Shown here piece by piece: positions 1 through 12,754 of a DNA stretch of 64,000 bases. Where the stretch lies: positions 13,704,001-13,768,000 of the forward strand of contig NC_087250.1 in assembly GCF_037042905.1 (NCBI RefSeq), in the 5' to 3' direction. The position numbers were made by a program, and so were the translations under genes. The first letter of the stretch is position 1, and each line of letters begins with the position of its first letter. Below the pieces are notes generated by a model. It was not told the DNA's origin. It saw only the letters and a program-made list of their open reading frames with translations, and did not search any database. The DNA comes from Lytechinus pictus (Eukaryota).

Positions 1-31
1 TACCGTGTATGAACAGGATAATTTTTGTTAA

Positions 32-634
32 AGGTCAAGTCCACCTCAGAAAAATGTTGATTTGAATCAATAGAGAAAAATTAGACAACCACAATGCTGA
101 AAATTTCATCAAAATCGGATGTAAAATAAGAAAGTTATGACATTTCAAAGTTTCGCTTATTTTTAACAAAATAGTTATATGAACGAGCCAGTAACATCTA
201 AATGAGAGAGTCGATGAAGTCACTCACTCACTATTTCTTTTGTTTTTTATTGTTTGAATTATACAATATTTCAATTTTTACGAATTTGACGATTAGGACC
301 TCCTTGCCTGAAGCACAAAATGTTAAAATAATGGAATTCCACGTGTTCAGGGAGGAATGAAACTTCATTTCACATGACAATGACGAGAAAATCAAAATAT
401 TTCATATTTCATATAATAGAATACAAAAGAAATAGTGAGTGAGTGATGTCATCAGCTCCCTCATTTGCATACCGACCGAGATGTGCATATAACTGTTTTG
501 TGAAATGAAGCGAAAATTTAAAATGTCATAACTTTCTTATTTTACATCCGATTTTGATGAAATTTTCAGTGTTATGCTTGTTGAATTTTTCTCTTTTTAT
601 TCAAATCAATTTTTTGTTGGGGTGGACTTGTCCT
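32..634. mobile_element. Kolobok/T2-type MITE, family K1
   Basis: TTAA|AGGTCAAGTCCACC ... GGTGGACTTGTCCT|TTAA; long imperfect TIRs; related copies at 11161 and 33946. Confidence 0.85.
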
Positions 635-1370
635 TTAAATAAACATGTAAGACTTTCTCTGGAATTATATCTCCCTGCAAGGCCTGCCTGCAACAAATTC
701 TAAACTTTGAAAGTCACAGATTTTTTAAAACTCTAATATGTCATGTGACCCTTCAGGTACAGTGTAGTTTTTATGACTAGTATGTCTGGATCTTATTTCA
801 GAAAGAGGTAAAATCAAACGCAAATAAAAAAACGATCAAGTTTATTTTCAACCAATGATATGCGCGCATTACTGGGTTTGTTATTTTTTTTTTTTTACGT
901 TCAAACGCAACTATTTCTGCAACGCCCCCAGGAAACACATACATGTACATGCAAAAATGAATTTGCAGTAAAATGTTAAAAACTATTGTGCATAGTAGGG
1001 GGGGGGGGGCATTCAGACCCCCAACTTTTTTTGTGCTTCCTTGCTTCATGACCATTTTCTTTAGAATTTGCATGCATAGCACCGTTAGGGGAAACTTGCC
1101 TTCTTTGTACCACCGTCTCCCCTTGTATGTTTTTATTCTTATTTTTGGCACTCAAAGCTTGTCTAGAAGGTCAATCTTTTATTCAAAATTTCGTGAAACA
1201 ACCAAGCTTCTACGCTCCAGTGCAAGAATTTGGCAAACTTCCCCTACCCTCCCCCTCCCCCCCCCCCCGGGAGAGTCCTTCCCTTGCTAAAATTTGAACC
1301 TACATGTACGACCTTCTCTTTCAAAGGCAAGAGTCAGAACTACCAGACCGTCCACAACGCTCACAGTCTC

Positions 1371-3318
1371 AGACACCGTTCTCATTATGCTTTCTAAAAC
1401 TAGTTTAGGGTCATTACATGCCAATTCACCCAATGAATGTGCAATTTTGCACCCGACCCTCTCGGAATTCGTTGTAAATTGGAACACATAAAATTCACCA
1501 TGGCCCACGCACAAAACAAAAAAAATAAGTCCAATTGGTCCGTCGGTTCTCGCGCTACGGCCTGCCCTTTTCTCCTTGTTTTGACAAAAATGGGCGTGAC
1601 CTTCAAATTTCAATGGCCACTGCGTCGTAACGTGTTGATCAATTTTCATGAAACAGGTACCATTTATTAGGAAATTCAGAGAGGAATCCAAAACATGCAT
1701 CAAATAATGTATTCGAGCGATGTATAAGGTCGTGACCTTTGACCTTTACTTTGACCTTGAGTTTGACCCCCGGACAAATAATTTTTTAACTTGATTTTCA
1801 TGCATGTTAATTATTAGTATGATATTGACAAAATATGTTAAAATCAATGATGATATTATATTTCTTCACCTTTTAAAACTCTTCCAAAGATACCATGAAA
1901 TTTCACTCTAGTCCCACATACTAATATTCATGTTAGTAAAGTGTTTACCAGTTACATGATTTCTTCCAATCTTAAGTTACAGTATGCATGCACATGAAAA
2001 GAAATTAAGCTCATCAGTTCACAAATGAAACATTAAACATTTATGCTCATGAATAGGTATCTGTTTAGGCATTTTGATGTTCAGCAATATATATCATATA
2101 TATATATATATATATTCTTGTTAGTAAATAGGCATATACTCAACAATTTGATGATAAAAGTAAACACTTTACCATTAAACAAGAATATATATATATATAT
2201 ATATATATGATATATTGCTGAACATCAAAATGCCTAAACAGATACCTATTCATGAGCATAAATGTTTAATGTTTCATTTGTGAACTGATGAGCTTAATTT
2301 CTTTTCATGTGCATGCATACTGTAACTTAAGATTGGAAGAAATCATGTAACTGTTAAACACTTTTACTAACATGAATATTAGTATGTGGGACTTGAGTGA
2401 AATTTCATGGTATCTTTGGAAGAGTTTTAAAAGGTGAAGAAATAAAATATCATCATTGGTTTTAACATATTTTGTCAATATCATACAAATAATTAACATA
2501 CACGAAAATCAAGTTAAAAAATTATTTGTCCGGGGGTTAAACTCAAGGTCAAAGTAAAGGTCAAAGGTCACGACCTTATAAATCGCTCCAATACATTATT
2601 TGATGCATGTTTTGGATTCCTCTCTAAATTTCCTAATAAATGGTACCAGTTTCATGAAAATTGGTCAACATGTTACGACGCAGTGGCCATTGAAAGTTGA
2701 AGGTCACGCCCATTTTTGTCAAAACAAGGAGAAAAGGGCGGGCCGTAGCGCGAGAACCGACGGACCAATTGGACTTATTTTTTTTGTTTTGTACGTGGGC
2801 CATGGTGAATTTTATGTGTACCAAATTACAACGAATTCTGAGATGGTTGGGTGCAACCACTGGGTGAATCCAGATGGAATGACCCTTTACTAGAAAGCGG
2901 TTCAGGAAACCAGATCGGAAGATCGCTTTGCTAGCGTTCCCATTTGATCACACGAAAGTGGTTTTCAAAATCTTTTCACGTCAAGCGATCTTGTTGCCAT
3001 GGAAATGCTCTCAGTGGGGTGACACGTTTCACGCGAAATTCGAAACCACAGCGTAGGCATTCCGCACCTGTCGTGTGGAGAAACGCGCTCAAAATGTGCG
3101 AAGGTCGCTTCCTGAAGAACGGTTGTGTCCTCACTTACACTAAAACCACTTTAACAAGGCAAAGCGATCTTGAAAACTACATCGCGAGGTTCTTTTATGA
3201 ACCGTTTTGGAAGATAGCTTCCAAGATCGCTTCGACCTTTCTCATTACACTTTAAACTAGTTTTCACAAAACTAGTTTCCAGTAAACTAGTTTTAGGAAG
3301 GTAGTGAGAACGGTGTCT
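1371..3318. mobile_element. Non-autonomous TIR element (host of the 1408-2885 foldback)
   Basis: AGACACCGTTCTCA...AAAACTAGTTT at the left end and its reverse complement ending at 3318; TSD not resolved. Confidence 0.7.
1408..2885. mobile_element. ~1.48-kb foldback (near-palindromic) element, possibly Sola2-like
   Basis: GGGTCATT...AATGACCC termini; TTTA duplicated at 1404-7 and 2886-9; arms of about 700 bp around a spacer of about 55 bp. Mirror-image ORFs appear in the ORF track. Confidence 0.85.
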
Positions 3319-4158
3319 TGGTGATTATTTTTCTTTTTCCCTTTATAAGTTGTAGTAGGTCTGTCCATGGTCGTACTATCTCTGTTTATGGAGGGAGTAG
3401 AATGACCAAGGCAGGATCTAGAGTCTTGTCTGTTTCCTCTTTGTATTTCCTGATTATAATATCTGTTGATCAATCATGCTCATCATATTGTATAGTACAT
3501 GTTGGTTGAACTGTGTAGTATGTAATATCAATGCAATGCACTTTATTACATTCAACGTCGTACATATACATGTAGTTTCCTCCTTTGTATTTAACCATAT
3601 TTATTTCATTTTCTTGCAAAATTGAGAAGAATTTCCCTGTGAAACTCATTTTAATTTCATATCCTCCACATCACAACTTTTAAGGGTGTAATACAATTTT
3701 ACACGTAGGCCTACACATTGATCTACATTTATAATCTATGTAGACATGAACATGAAATATTTTGTGATAAATGACCCTGGGTGATTTGTACATATAGCCT
3801 ACACGTACATGTACATGGTTTGATTTATTGTTTTCTTCTGCATCCATGGAACATTCGTATAATACATTTTCCATACAACGTAATAAACATAATATGTTAG
3901 CATTTTTGGCATGAATCATAAATAAAGTGTACTAAAAAAAATGATTCCAGACAAAAATGATTAACTACCAAATCATTATACGATATTCACAATTTGCAGG
4001 AGAAGGATTGTCATCATAAGCAGATTGCTTGAAGAAAAATGACAATGAATGGTGCAGTGCAATGTCAAGAAATCTTTATTTTTGTGTATCTGTACGGTGC
4101 ACAAATAACTTTTATTATGGGAGTAAATCTGTCTTGCCTGCAAATTTGCATGTAAGAC

Positions 4159-7100
4159 TAAGCTTGTAACCGATTTTGCAATCGGCAACCGATTCCATTC
4201 GATTTCACCACAATCGGCAATCACTTGCCGATCTTCGATCATGCCCCTTGAAGGAAAAAATCGAAAATAAAAAATCGGCGTAGATCTGGTTACAGTGCGT
4301 GATCGCTCAGAACATATTTCAAGATTGTTTTTGAGGTGCTAGCTATTTAGAGGTCGCATTATTCAGGGAGAAAGTCGCGGTATTATCTATGGCAATGTTT
4401 AAGGGGATAGATATCTTCTCTTCCAACTCATGGTGATAGCGGATGCCGCCGTGAACTTTGAAAGGTCGTATTACCGACGGAGCTCACTGCGTTACTCTCT
4501 TACATCGTTTATGATTATATACATTTTATTTTCAACCTCGTGGTGATAGCGGATGCCGCCGTGAACTTTGAAAGGTCGTATTACCGACGGAGCTCACTGC
4601 GCTACTCTCTTACCCCCTTTATAATGATATAAATCTTCTCTTCAACCTCGTGGTGATAGCGGACCCCGCCATTAACTTTTAAAGACTGTACTATTGACGG
4701 AGCTTATTGCGTTGCTCTCTTACATCGTTTATGATGATATTCATTTTATTTTCAACCTCGTGGTGATAGCGGAAGCCGCCGTGAACTTTGAAAGGTCGTA
4801 TTACCGACGGAGCTCACTGCGCTACTCTCTTACATCGTTTATAATGATATAAATCTTCTCTTCAACCTCGTGGTGATAGCGGACCCCGCCAGAAACTTTT
4901 AAAGACTGTACTATTGACGGAGCTTATTGCGTTACTCTCTTACATCGTTTATGATGATTTACATTTTATTTTCAACCTCGTGGTGATAGCGGATGCCGCC
5001 GTGAACTTTGAAAGGTCGTATTACCGACGGAGCTCACTGCGCTACTCTCTTACCTCCCTTATAATGATATAAATCTTCTCTTCAACCTCGTGGTGATAGC
5101 GGACCCCGCCAGAAACTTTTAAAGACTGTACTATTGACGGAGCTTATTGCGTTACTCTCTTACATCGTTTATGATGATATACATTTTATTTTCAACCTCG
5201 TGGTGATAGCGGAAGCCGCCGTGAACTTTGAAAGGTCGTATTACCGACGGAGCTCACTGCGCTACTCTCTTACATCGTTTATAATGATATAAATCTTCTC
5301 TTCAACCTCGTGGTGATAGCGGACCCCGCCATAAACTTTTAAAGACTGTACTATTGACGGAGCTTATTGCGTTACTCTCTTACATCGTTTATGATGATAT
5401 ACATTTTATTTTCAACCTCGTGGTGATAGCGGATGCCGCCGTGAACTTTGAAAGGTCGTACTATTGACGGAGCTCATTGCGTTACTCTCTTACATCGTTT
5501 ATGATGATTTACATTTTATTTTCAACCTCGTGGTGATAGCGGACCCCGCCGTGAACTTTTAAAGATCGTGCTACTGACGGAGCTTATTGCGTTACTCTCT
5601 TACATCGTTTATGATGATATTCATTTTATTTTCAACCTCGTGGTGATAGCGGAAGCCGCCGTGAACTTTGAAAGGTCGTATTACCGACGGAGCTCACTGC
5701 GCTACTCTCTTACATCGTTTATAATGATATAAATCTTCTCTTCAACCTCGTGGTGATAGCGGACCCCGCCAGAAACTTTTAAAGACTGTACTATTGACGG
5801 AGCTTATTGCGTTACTCTCTTACATCGTTTATGATGATATACATTTTATTTTCAACCTCGTGGTGATAGCGGATGCCGCCATGAACTTTGAAAGGTCGTA
5901 CTATTGACGGAGCTCATTGCGTTACTCTCTTACATCGTTTATGATGATTTACATTTTATTTTCAACCTCGTGGTGATAGCGGAAGCCGCCGTGAACTTTG
6001 AAAGGTCGTATTACCGACGGAGCTCACTGCGCTACTCTCTTACATCGTTTATAATGATATAAATCTTCTCTTCAACCTCGTGGTGATAGCGGACCCCGCC
6101 AGAAACTTTTAAAGACTGTACTATTGACGGAGCTTATTGCGTTACTCTCTTACATCATTTATGATGATATTCATTTTATTTTCAACCTCGTGGTGATAGC
6201 GGAAGCCGCCGTGAACTTTGAAAGGTCGTATTACCGACGGAGCTCACTGCGCTACTCTCTTACATCGTTTATAATGATATAAATCTTCTCTTCAACCTCG
6301 TGGTGATAGCGGACCCCGCCAGAAACTTTTAAAGACTGTACTATTGACGGAGCTTATTGCGTTACTCTCTTACATCGTTTATGATGATTTACATTTTATT
6401 TTCAACCTCGTGGTGATAGCAGATGCCGCCGTGAACTTTGAAAGGTCGTATTACCGACGGAGCTCACTGCGCTACTCTCTTACCTCCCTTATAATGATAT
6501 AAATCTTCTCTTCAACCTCGTGGTGATAGCGGACCCCGCCGTGAACTTTTAAAGGTCGTATTACCGACGGAGCTTATTGCGTTACTCTCTTACATCGTTT
6601 ATGATGATATACATTTTATTTTCAATCTCGTGGTGATAGCGGATGCCGCCGTGAACTTTGAAAGGTCGTATTACCGACGGAGCTCACTGCGCTTCTCTCT
6701 TATCCCCTTTATGATGATAGACATCTTCTCTTCAACCTCGTGGTGATAGCGGACCCCGCCGTGAACTTCAAATTGATTTGAAAACGCTAGCTACCCAAAA
6801 CATTTTAATAACATATTTCAAATCATCGTGCGTGCTTGCGTCGTCTACTTCATTTTAATTGCACTTGCGACTTTAAGATGATGCGTCGTAAGAGATCATT
6901 CCAATAATTCTAAATCGCTAGCACCTAAAAATACTTCTAAAAGATGTCCCGCCGATCGTTCATTAACCTGTGATCTATGAGAAATATTTTCATTTTATTT
7001 TCCTTTGCGCCTTTGCTCGGAAGATGCGTCTTTCGTTTATCTTTCTAATAAAAATCACTCGGTTTATTTTAAAGCAATAACACCTCAAAACCCCTGGCTT

Positions 7101-7318
7101 TAAAACATGTTCCAAACGATCGCGCATGTTGGCGACTTCCATTCCAATGCATTCGTCTTTGTGACTTTGTCAGGAAGATGCGCGCGACCGCGAACAACAT
7201 TTTGATGTATTCCTTTGTTTTTAAACATCGCCGATTCGATTTTCGATTCGATTTCGATTTTAGAAGCTTAACTGCCGATCCGATTTTCGATCTGATTTTT
7301 GATCCGATTTACAACATA
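4159..7318. mobile_element. Non-autonomous hAT-like element carrying an internal satellite
   Basis: TGTAAGAC duplicated at 4151-8 and 7319-26; TA...TA termini with an imperfect TIR (TAAGCTTGTAA / TTACAACATA); subterminal CCGAT/ATCGG motifs. Confidence 0.75.
4415..6770. repeat. 110-bp tandem repeat, about 21.5 units, with A/B higher-order alternation
   Basis: TTCAACCTCGTGGTGATAGC (or a 1-nt variant) recurs every 110 bp at 4531, 4641 ... 6731, with no indels. Confidence 0.97.
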
Positions 7319-8442
7319 TGTAAGACGCACATTCTTCACTCCCTGGGGAGGATACCCTTGGAGTTCATTCCTACATGTACATGTATTTCACATTCGTGAA
7401 GAAATAATTGATTTATCATCATTGAGGGCCAACGTTATATATTATTTTGAAGACTATGTATTTAGTCCTGTAATGTAGAAACCATCAAAGTCATGTCCTA
7501 TAATTATTGCTGGTACGTTGTCCTCTTTTCCTCACTGTTGTGTTGATGTAGTCTGCAAGCAAAGACTCAAATTTGACACTTTGAGACCATAACCAAGACA
7601 CCAAACTTTCTGTCTGTGTCAAATTCAGATACAGCCACAATACATACATGTAGTGAATGTAGTCTCCCTACTTCAGACTCTGCAACATGCACTACATGTA
7701 TATGCAAATTGCGAAAACCAAGGGTCTATTCCTGCAGACTACTGTTGATGGTACATGTACATACTCTCACTGTACAATGCACTACCTATCGATCGAATTT
7801 TCAGCATTTTGCTTTGTGAATTTTACTCTATTTATTGAGATATAAATATATCCAGCCTGGACCATCCCTTTAAAAACACAGCATTTAAAAATATATACAC
7901 TGTAGCAAATATCAAATTTTCTACAGACTAATGTTCCAATTTGATTATTTGTAAAATTTCCACATTTTCAGAGTTAGCCTGAATTCTGTACGTTTATATT
8001 TATTGGTGTACATGTAGGCCTACATGTACATGCAATATTTTTCTTCCTTGAATGTATAGTTTAATTTGCACCTCAAAGTGTTCCGCCCGTCAAAAGACGA
8101 TGTACATGTATTACTGTAGGAATTAGTAGGCTGTAGTATAATTTATGGTTGTTGTATTAAATGTATGCGCTGGCATTGGAGGTTGGGATTAACAATGCTT
8201 TACAGTAAATGGCAACCAATAAACACTAACCAGCCCCCCCAAAAAACAAAATATATAGCATTGAACAAAACAAAAAATGACAATCAAATACCAAACCAAA
8301 ACACAACAACATCAACAAAAAGAGCCCTGTAAAATTCGCTCAATTCAAAAATATTTTGGGTACATAGAGGCCCACCCCAATTCCTTTCATTACTTGTGCC
8401 CCCCCCCCACCACAATGGACACTACAATGCTCTTTATTCTAA

Positions 8443-8838
8443 AGCTAAATGAACATAGTTGCAGTAAAACACTGATTTCGTGAGAAAGTCTGTAAAACCA
8501 AGGTAAAGTATTGATATATCATCGTGGATCTATATCTGGTACAGTTACATAAACTGAACTTTGTGAAATCATAATATCTAGCTAAAAAACGATCACACTC
8601 AAGATCGCCAACACAGATAGGCACACGTGGGACAGTGTGTTATTATTGCTGGAATAAAGACCCGACGGAAGTGATCGAATCCGCGCTTATTTTGCTTATT
8701 TCTCAGCAATTACACAATTTCTTCAAGAATCCTTTGGCACATATTTTTTATTCATACAAACAGACACTTTGGTGATCATTATTTTTAAATTCTGTAAAAA
8801 GTCATTTCAAGATCGTTCCCACAACTGGAATTTATCTT
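8443..8838. mobile_element. Degenerate Kolobok-like MITE, family K2 (relatives near 14925-15256, 31810-32180, 50480-50786)
   Basis: Shared internal motifs (GTTGCAG..AAAC..TTTC.TGAGAAAGTC, GATCTAGATCTGGTA, TGTGGGACAGT); ends in ...ATTTATCT|TTAA. Confidence 0.6.
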
Positions 8839-9289
8839 TAAAGATAAAAAAATCTTCATGAATCTCCTTGCTTGCACACTACTAATATGAACATGAAATT
8901 TGTTGATAAGCTGCCATCATGATCTCCATAACAAAGAGTTCTTTGTCAGTTCTACAAGCCTGTATGACATGTTTTTCTAATCACTTGATCAGCTTGTATA
9001 CAAAACACTTTACCAGCCTGTATGCTGTACCTAGTCTCACACAACAGCAGTTTTTTATGAGTGTCATGTGCATGTATCACATGTGAGCTTTACTGTGAAC
9101 TAGTCTTGTTATTAAAACAGATGTTTCACTAAAACATTCCTCAAATATCAACCAAAGCAAAGATTCAGACCCAAAATGGTGAATGTATACTAATTTTCTT
9201 TTTTATTCGAGGTGCTGATTATCTAGTTGCCTATTCAATGGCGCACTATACATGTACAATTTATTCTGGTTATACATGTAGCTCCAGCT

Positions 9290-9440
9290 GCCAAAGGCGC
9301 TTGGTGCATTCAAGGAATTAATCCTGCCTGGTACACATTCACCTCACCGGGGTTGAGTGCAGCACAATGTAGGCAAATCGAACCCGAGTCCCCCTCAGAT
9401 TTGAAGACGAGACCCTTGACCAGTAGACCACAACGCCCCC
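9290..9440 (-). mobile_element. Partial tRNA-derived SINE (same family as 54537 and 59587)
   Basis: Reverse complement reads GGGGCGTTGTGGTCTACTGG...GGGTTCGAT...TGTGCTGCACTCAACCC.GGTGAGGTGAATG.GTACC. Confidence 0.7.
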
Positions 9441-9449
9441 ACATGAGTG

Positions 9450-9850
9450 GTAAATTGCCAATTCGTCCACTCACCACATGGTCTACATACACCTTCATCT
9501 AGTCTAATGCCATTCCGTCCATCAACATTTTGACTAACAACCATTAGGTCCAATAACCATTTGGTCCAATCATCACTTTGTCTAATCACCATTTCATCTA
9601 TGACCATTTTGTCTCATGACCAGTTGGTCTAATATTTGTTTTATTTTCATTCATTTTGCCCAATTGACACTTAGTCTAATTAGACCAAATTGTATATGGA
9701 CTATTAATGGCTATTGGGCCAACTGGTTATAATATTAGACGAAATGGTGAGTGGACGAAATGGCAATTAGACCATGTGGATATTGGACGAACTGATGGTA
9801 GACCAAATGATAGTAGACGAGTACGGCAATTGGACGAATTGGCATAAAAT
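9450..9850. repeat. Quasi-palindromic repeat built from GGTCTA/TAGACC motifs (relative at about 29670-30225)
   Basis: TGCCAATTCGTCCA at the left is mirrored by TGGACGAATTGGCA at the right; many short internal repeats switch orientation at the centre. Confidence 0.65.
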
Positions 9851-10546
9851 GAAAATGAACCACATGAGCAATGGTTTGTGCATGCAGTCCTGCTCTGTCC
9901 AATGAGACACACACCCATACTATTGGATAACAGCCAATGATGTTTTATTTCATAACAATCTTACATGTATTTGTTTAAATGATGGAGGAAGTAGGAATTA
10001 TGATACAGGAAATTGGTGGAATAAATTCATTATATCTACATGTATCATGTACATGTACATCTAAGACCTTGTCTATATTGTACATGTTTCATCATTTTCC
10101 TGGACTTACATGTACAGTACATGTATCTGGTTTGGACTATTTAATTTTTGTTTGTTCTCTCTAATTTGTTCTGAGTAGAGAAAAATAATTGTGTATTGAT
10201 TTATTTCATTTTTTTGATTTTCTCAAATTATTAAATTTTGTATCACATGGCAGAGCTGCCAATTTGAAGAACTTTATCCTATTTATTAGGATTTTTACTT
10301 ACAGTAATAGGATTTCCCCGGGAATGGGATTTTTTAAACATGTTTGAATGATGATTTTTAGGTATGATTTTTTTTTAACGAAAGAAAAGTGGAAATTTAG
10401 GCTTGAAAATTGAATAAAAATTATTTTAGAATACACATTCACAAGTAAGGGTGGTAGCTCTGATAATATGGTGGAAATTTTCGATAATCAGTGAAAACAT
10501 TAATTTAGCACTTATTTTCTGATTCATTATTACCGGTATGTCCAGT

Positions 10547-10899
10547 GGAAGCGTCGTGGTGTAGCGGTTCTGACTCTCGCCTTGTAATCAGAGGGTCGTG
10601 TGTTCGATTCCCACCATGGCCTAGCGTCCTTTGGCAAGGCGTTAATCCACACTTTGCCACTCTCCACCCAGGTGTTAAATGGGTACCCGGTAGGATGGGA
10701 AAGCCTATATGTAGTATGCCTAGCAATTGAGTCGTGGAACTCTTGTTGGAATGCTCCCCAGGGAGTGGAGAAGGTGCATACATTGTATGCGGGCATGCAA
10801 GGATCCGAAGACCGGGGTAATAATATGTCTGGAAAGCGCTTAGAGACGTCGTTCCGATGTATTAAACGCTATATAAATGTGGAATATTATTATTATTAT
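10547..10899 (+). mobile_element. Full-length tRNA-derived SINE
   Basis: Pol III A box TGGTGTAGCGG and B box GTTCGATTCC; central CACCCAGGTGTTAAATGGGTACC domain; CGCTATATAAAT plus (TAT)n tail. Confidence 0.85.
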
Positions 10900-10992
10900 T
10901 TTTGTGTACTGTATGTCTGTATTTAAAGCCAAAGGAAGTATTGCGAGAAGTCATTTACATTGTACATGTATCTTTCTTTCATAATGTTTCAG

Positions 10993-11143
10993 ACCTTCCG
11001 TCCGAAGAAGAAGTTTGAGGCAGGTACGATGCGGTTCAATCTACACAAGAAAGCTCAAGCATCTCTCAACTCAGGCCTAGACCTTAAAGTAGTGGTCAAG
11101 CTCCCTGCAGAGGAGGACTTCAATGATTGGCTAGCTGTGCATG
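10993..11143 (+). CDS. MOB3: MOB kinase activator 3-like, first visible coding exon ([50 protein letters not shown])
   Basis: ttcAG acceptor at 10991-2 and GTAAGT donor at 11144; 151 nt, phase 0 to 1. Peptide matches the MOB3 N-terminal signature (TFRPK.KF..GT.R..LHK.AQASL..G.DL...V.LP..ED.NDW.AVH). Confidence 0.95.
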
Positions 11144-11160
11144 GTAAGTATTTATAGTAA

Positions 11161-11765
11161 AGGACAAGTCCACCCAAACAAAAAGTTTATTTGAATAAAT
11201 AGAGAAAAATCCAACGAGCATAACACTGAAAATTTCATCAAAATCGAATGTAAAATGAGAAAGTTATGCCATTTTTAAGTTTTGCTTAATTTCACATAAT
11301 AGTTATATGCACATCCCAGTCGGTATGCAAATGAGGGAACTGATGACATCACTCACTCACTTTTTCTTTTGTATTTTATTATAAGAAATGTGAAATATTC
11401 GAATTTTCTCCTCATTGTCCTGTGAAACAATGTTTTATTTCTCACTGAATATGTGGAATTACCATTGTTTAAAATAATATGGTTCAGTCAAGTTGGTCCT
11501 TTTTGTTAAATCTGTAAAAATTGAAATATTGTATAATTCAAACAATAAAAAAACAAAAAGAAATTGTGAGTGAGGGACATCATCGATTCTCTCATTTGCA
11601 TGTGACTAAATTGTGCATATAACTATTTTGTGAAAAATAAGCGAAACTTTAAGATGTCATAACTTTCCTGTTCTTCATCCGATTTTGATGAAATTTTCAG
11701 CATTATGCTTGTCTGATTTGTCTCTTTTGATTCAAATCAACATTTTAATGAGGTGGTCTTGTCCT
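11161..11765. mobile_element. Kolobok/T2-type MITE, family K1, 17 nt downstream of a MOB3 exon
   Basis: (G)TAA|AGGACAAGTCCACCC ... GGTCTTGTCCT|TTAA; opposite orientation to the 32-634 copy. Confidence 0.85.
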
Positions 11766-11777
11766 TTAAAACCAGTT

Positions 11778-11938
11778 GGGTGTTTCATAAAGCTGATCAT
11801 AAGTTGCGAGCGACTTTAGTAGGAATGACTAGCTATCCTTTCTTGTGGTAAATCATATACCAAATTTTCATTAATGTTGATTTTATGGGGAGGGATTACC
11901 AGGCGCTCGTAACTTACAAACAGATTTATGAAACACCC
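11778..11938. mobile_element. Short Harbinger-like MITE (relative at 61656-61818)
   Basis: GGGTGTTTCATAAA ... TTTATGAAACACCC TIRs. Confidence 0.65.
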
Positions 11939-12074
11939 ACCAGGATCTTAAAGCTTCTAAAGCAATTGGTTGTGGTGCTGATTTCTGCGACTGATCAAAC
12001 ATGATAATCAATGAAATCAATTGTATTATTTAGCCCCATGATTAATTGCTCAAGCTTTTAATTATGGAGCCCTG

Positions 12075-12430
12075 ATTTCTTGTTGGAATGCTCTTCGGGG
12101 AGTGGAGAAAGTCCTTGCATTTTGCATTTTTAAGGAAGCCAGGATCCGATGAAAGTGGTTACATTTGTATTAGCACTTTAGAATCGCCAAGTGGGTCCAG
12201 ATTTCTTGTTGGAATGCGCAGGGAGTGGAGAAAGTGCTTGCATTTTGCATAAAGAAGCCAGGATTCTGAAAGTGGTTAATACTTTTGTATTTTGTTATAA
12301 GCATTTTAGAATCGCCAAGTTGAGCCTAGATTTGTTGTTGGATGCTCTTCAGTGCATGTACATGCATTATATGTGGTCAAGCCAGGATACGATGACTGGG
12401 TCAATATCTGCCAAGCACTTCAGAGATGTA
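12075..12430 (+). repeat. Three degenerate tandem copies (about 125 bp) of a SINE 3' segment
   Basis: TTCTTGTTGGAATGC...GGGAGTGGAGAAAGT...AGCCAGGAT repeated; similar to 10741-10830. Confidence 0.65.
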
Positions 12431-12434
12431 TTAA

Positions 12435-12754
12435 ACACTTGACTGCTGACTGCCATAATGTGTATACAACCCCTCTGTGCTGAGCCAATTAAATACACAT
12501 TCAAATTTCACTACATAGCAAGTGGCTTTGAGCTTCTATAAATCACAGGGGAAGTCCCAAGAATGTTTTGTCATAGCGCCATCTGTTGTCCAAATCTGCA
12601 GTTTTTATAGTCCTGTGCTATTTCCACCATAGGGGTATTACAGCACGATGCTGACACTTAAATCAGACAGTGTTGTAAGTATGTAATATTACGTGGTCCG
12701 CACAGAATGCAAACTAGCCAAGCACATAATATTACGTTGTCAGCAGCCAAGTGG
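12435..12754. mobile_element. piggyBac-like MITE
   Basis: TTAA|ACACTTGACTGCTGAC ... GTCAGCAGCCAAGTGG|TTAA. Confidence 0.65.

Noticed and set aside
773..815. Possible first coding exon of MOB3 (TTATTTCAGAAAGAG|GTAAAA, LFQKE-like)
   Set aside because: The LFQKE frame has an upstream stop and no ATG. The nearby ATG frame ends in phase 2, which does not fit the phase-0 acceptor at 10993. The first exon is probably upstream of the window.
1287..2893. Pair of near-identical ORFs on opposite strands (MMHVLDSSLNFLING...)
   Set aside because: They are a by-product of the foldback element's mirrored arms, with no recognisable domain or splice context.
4415..6770. Regular array resembling a CRISPR locus
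   Set aside because: The whole 110-bp unit repeats with no unique spacers, there are no cas genes, and the context is eukaryotic.
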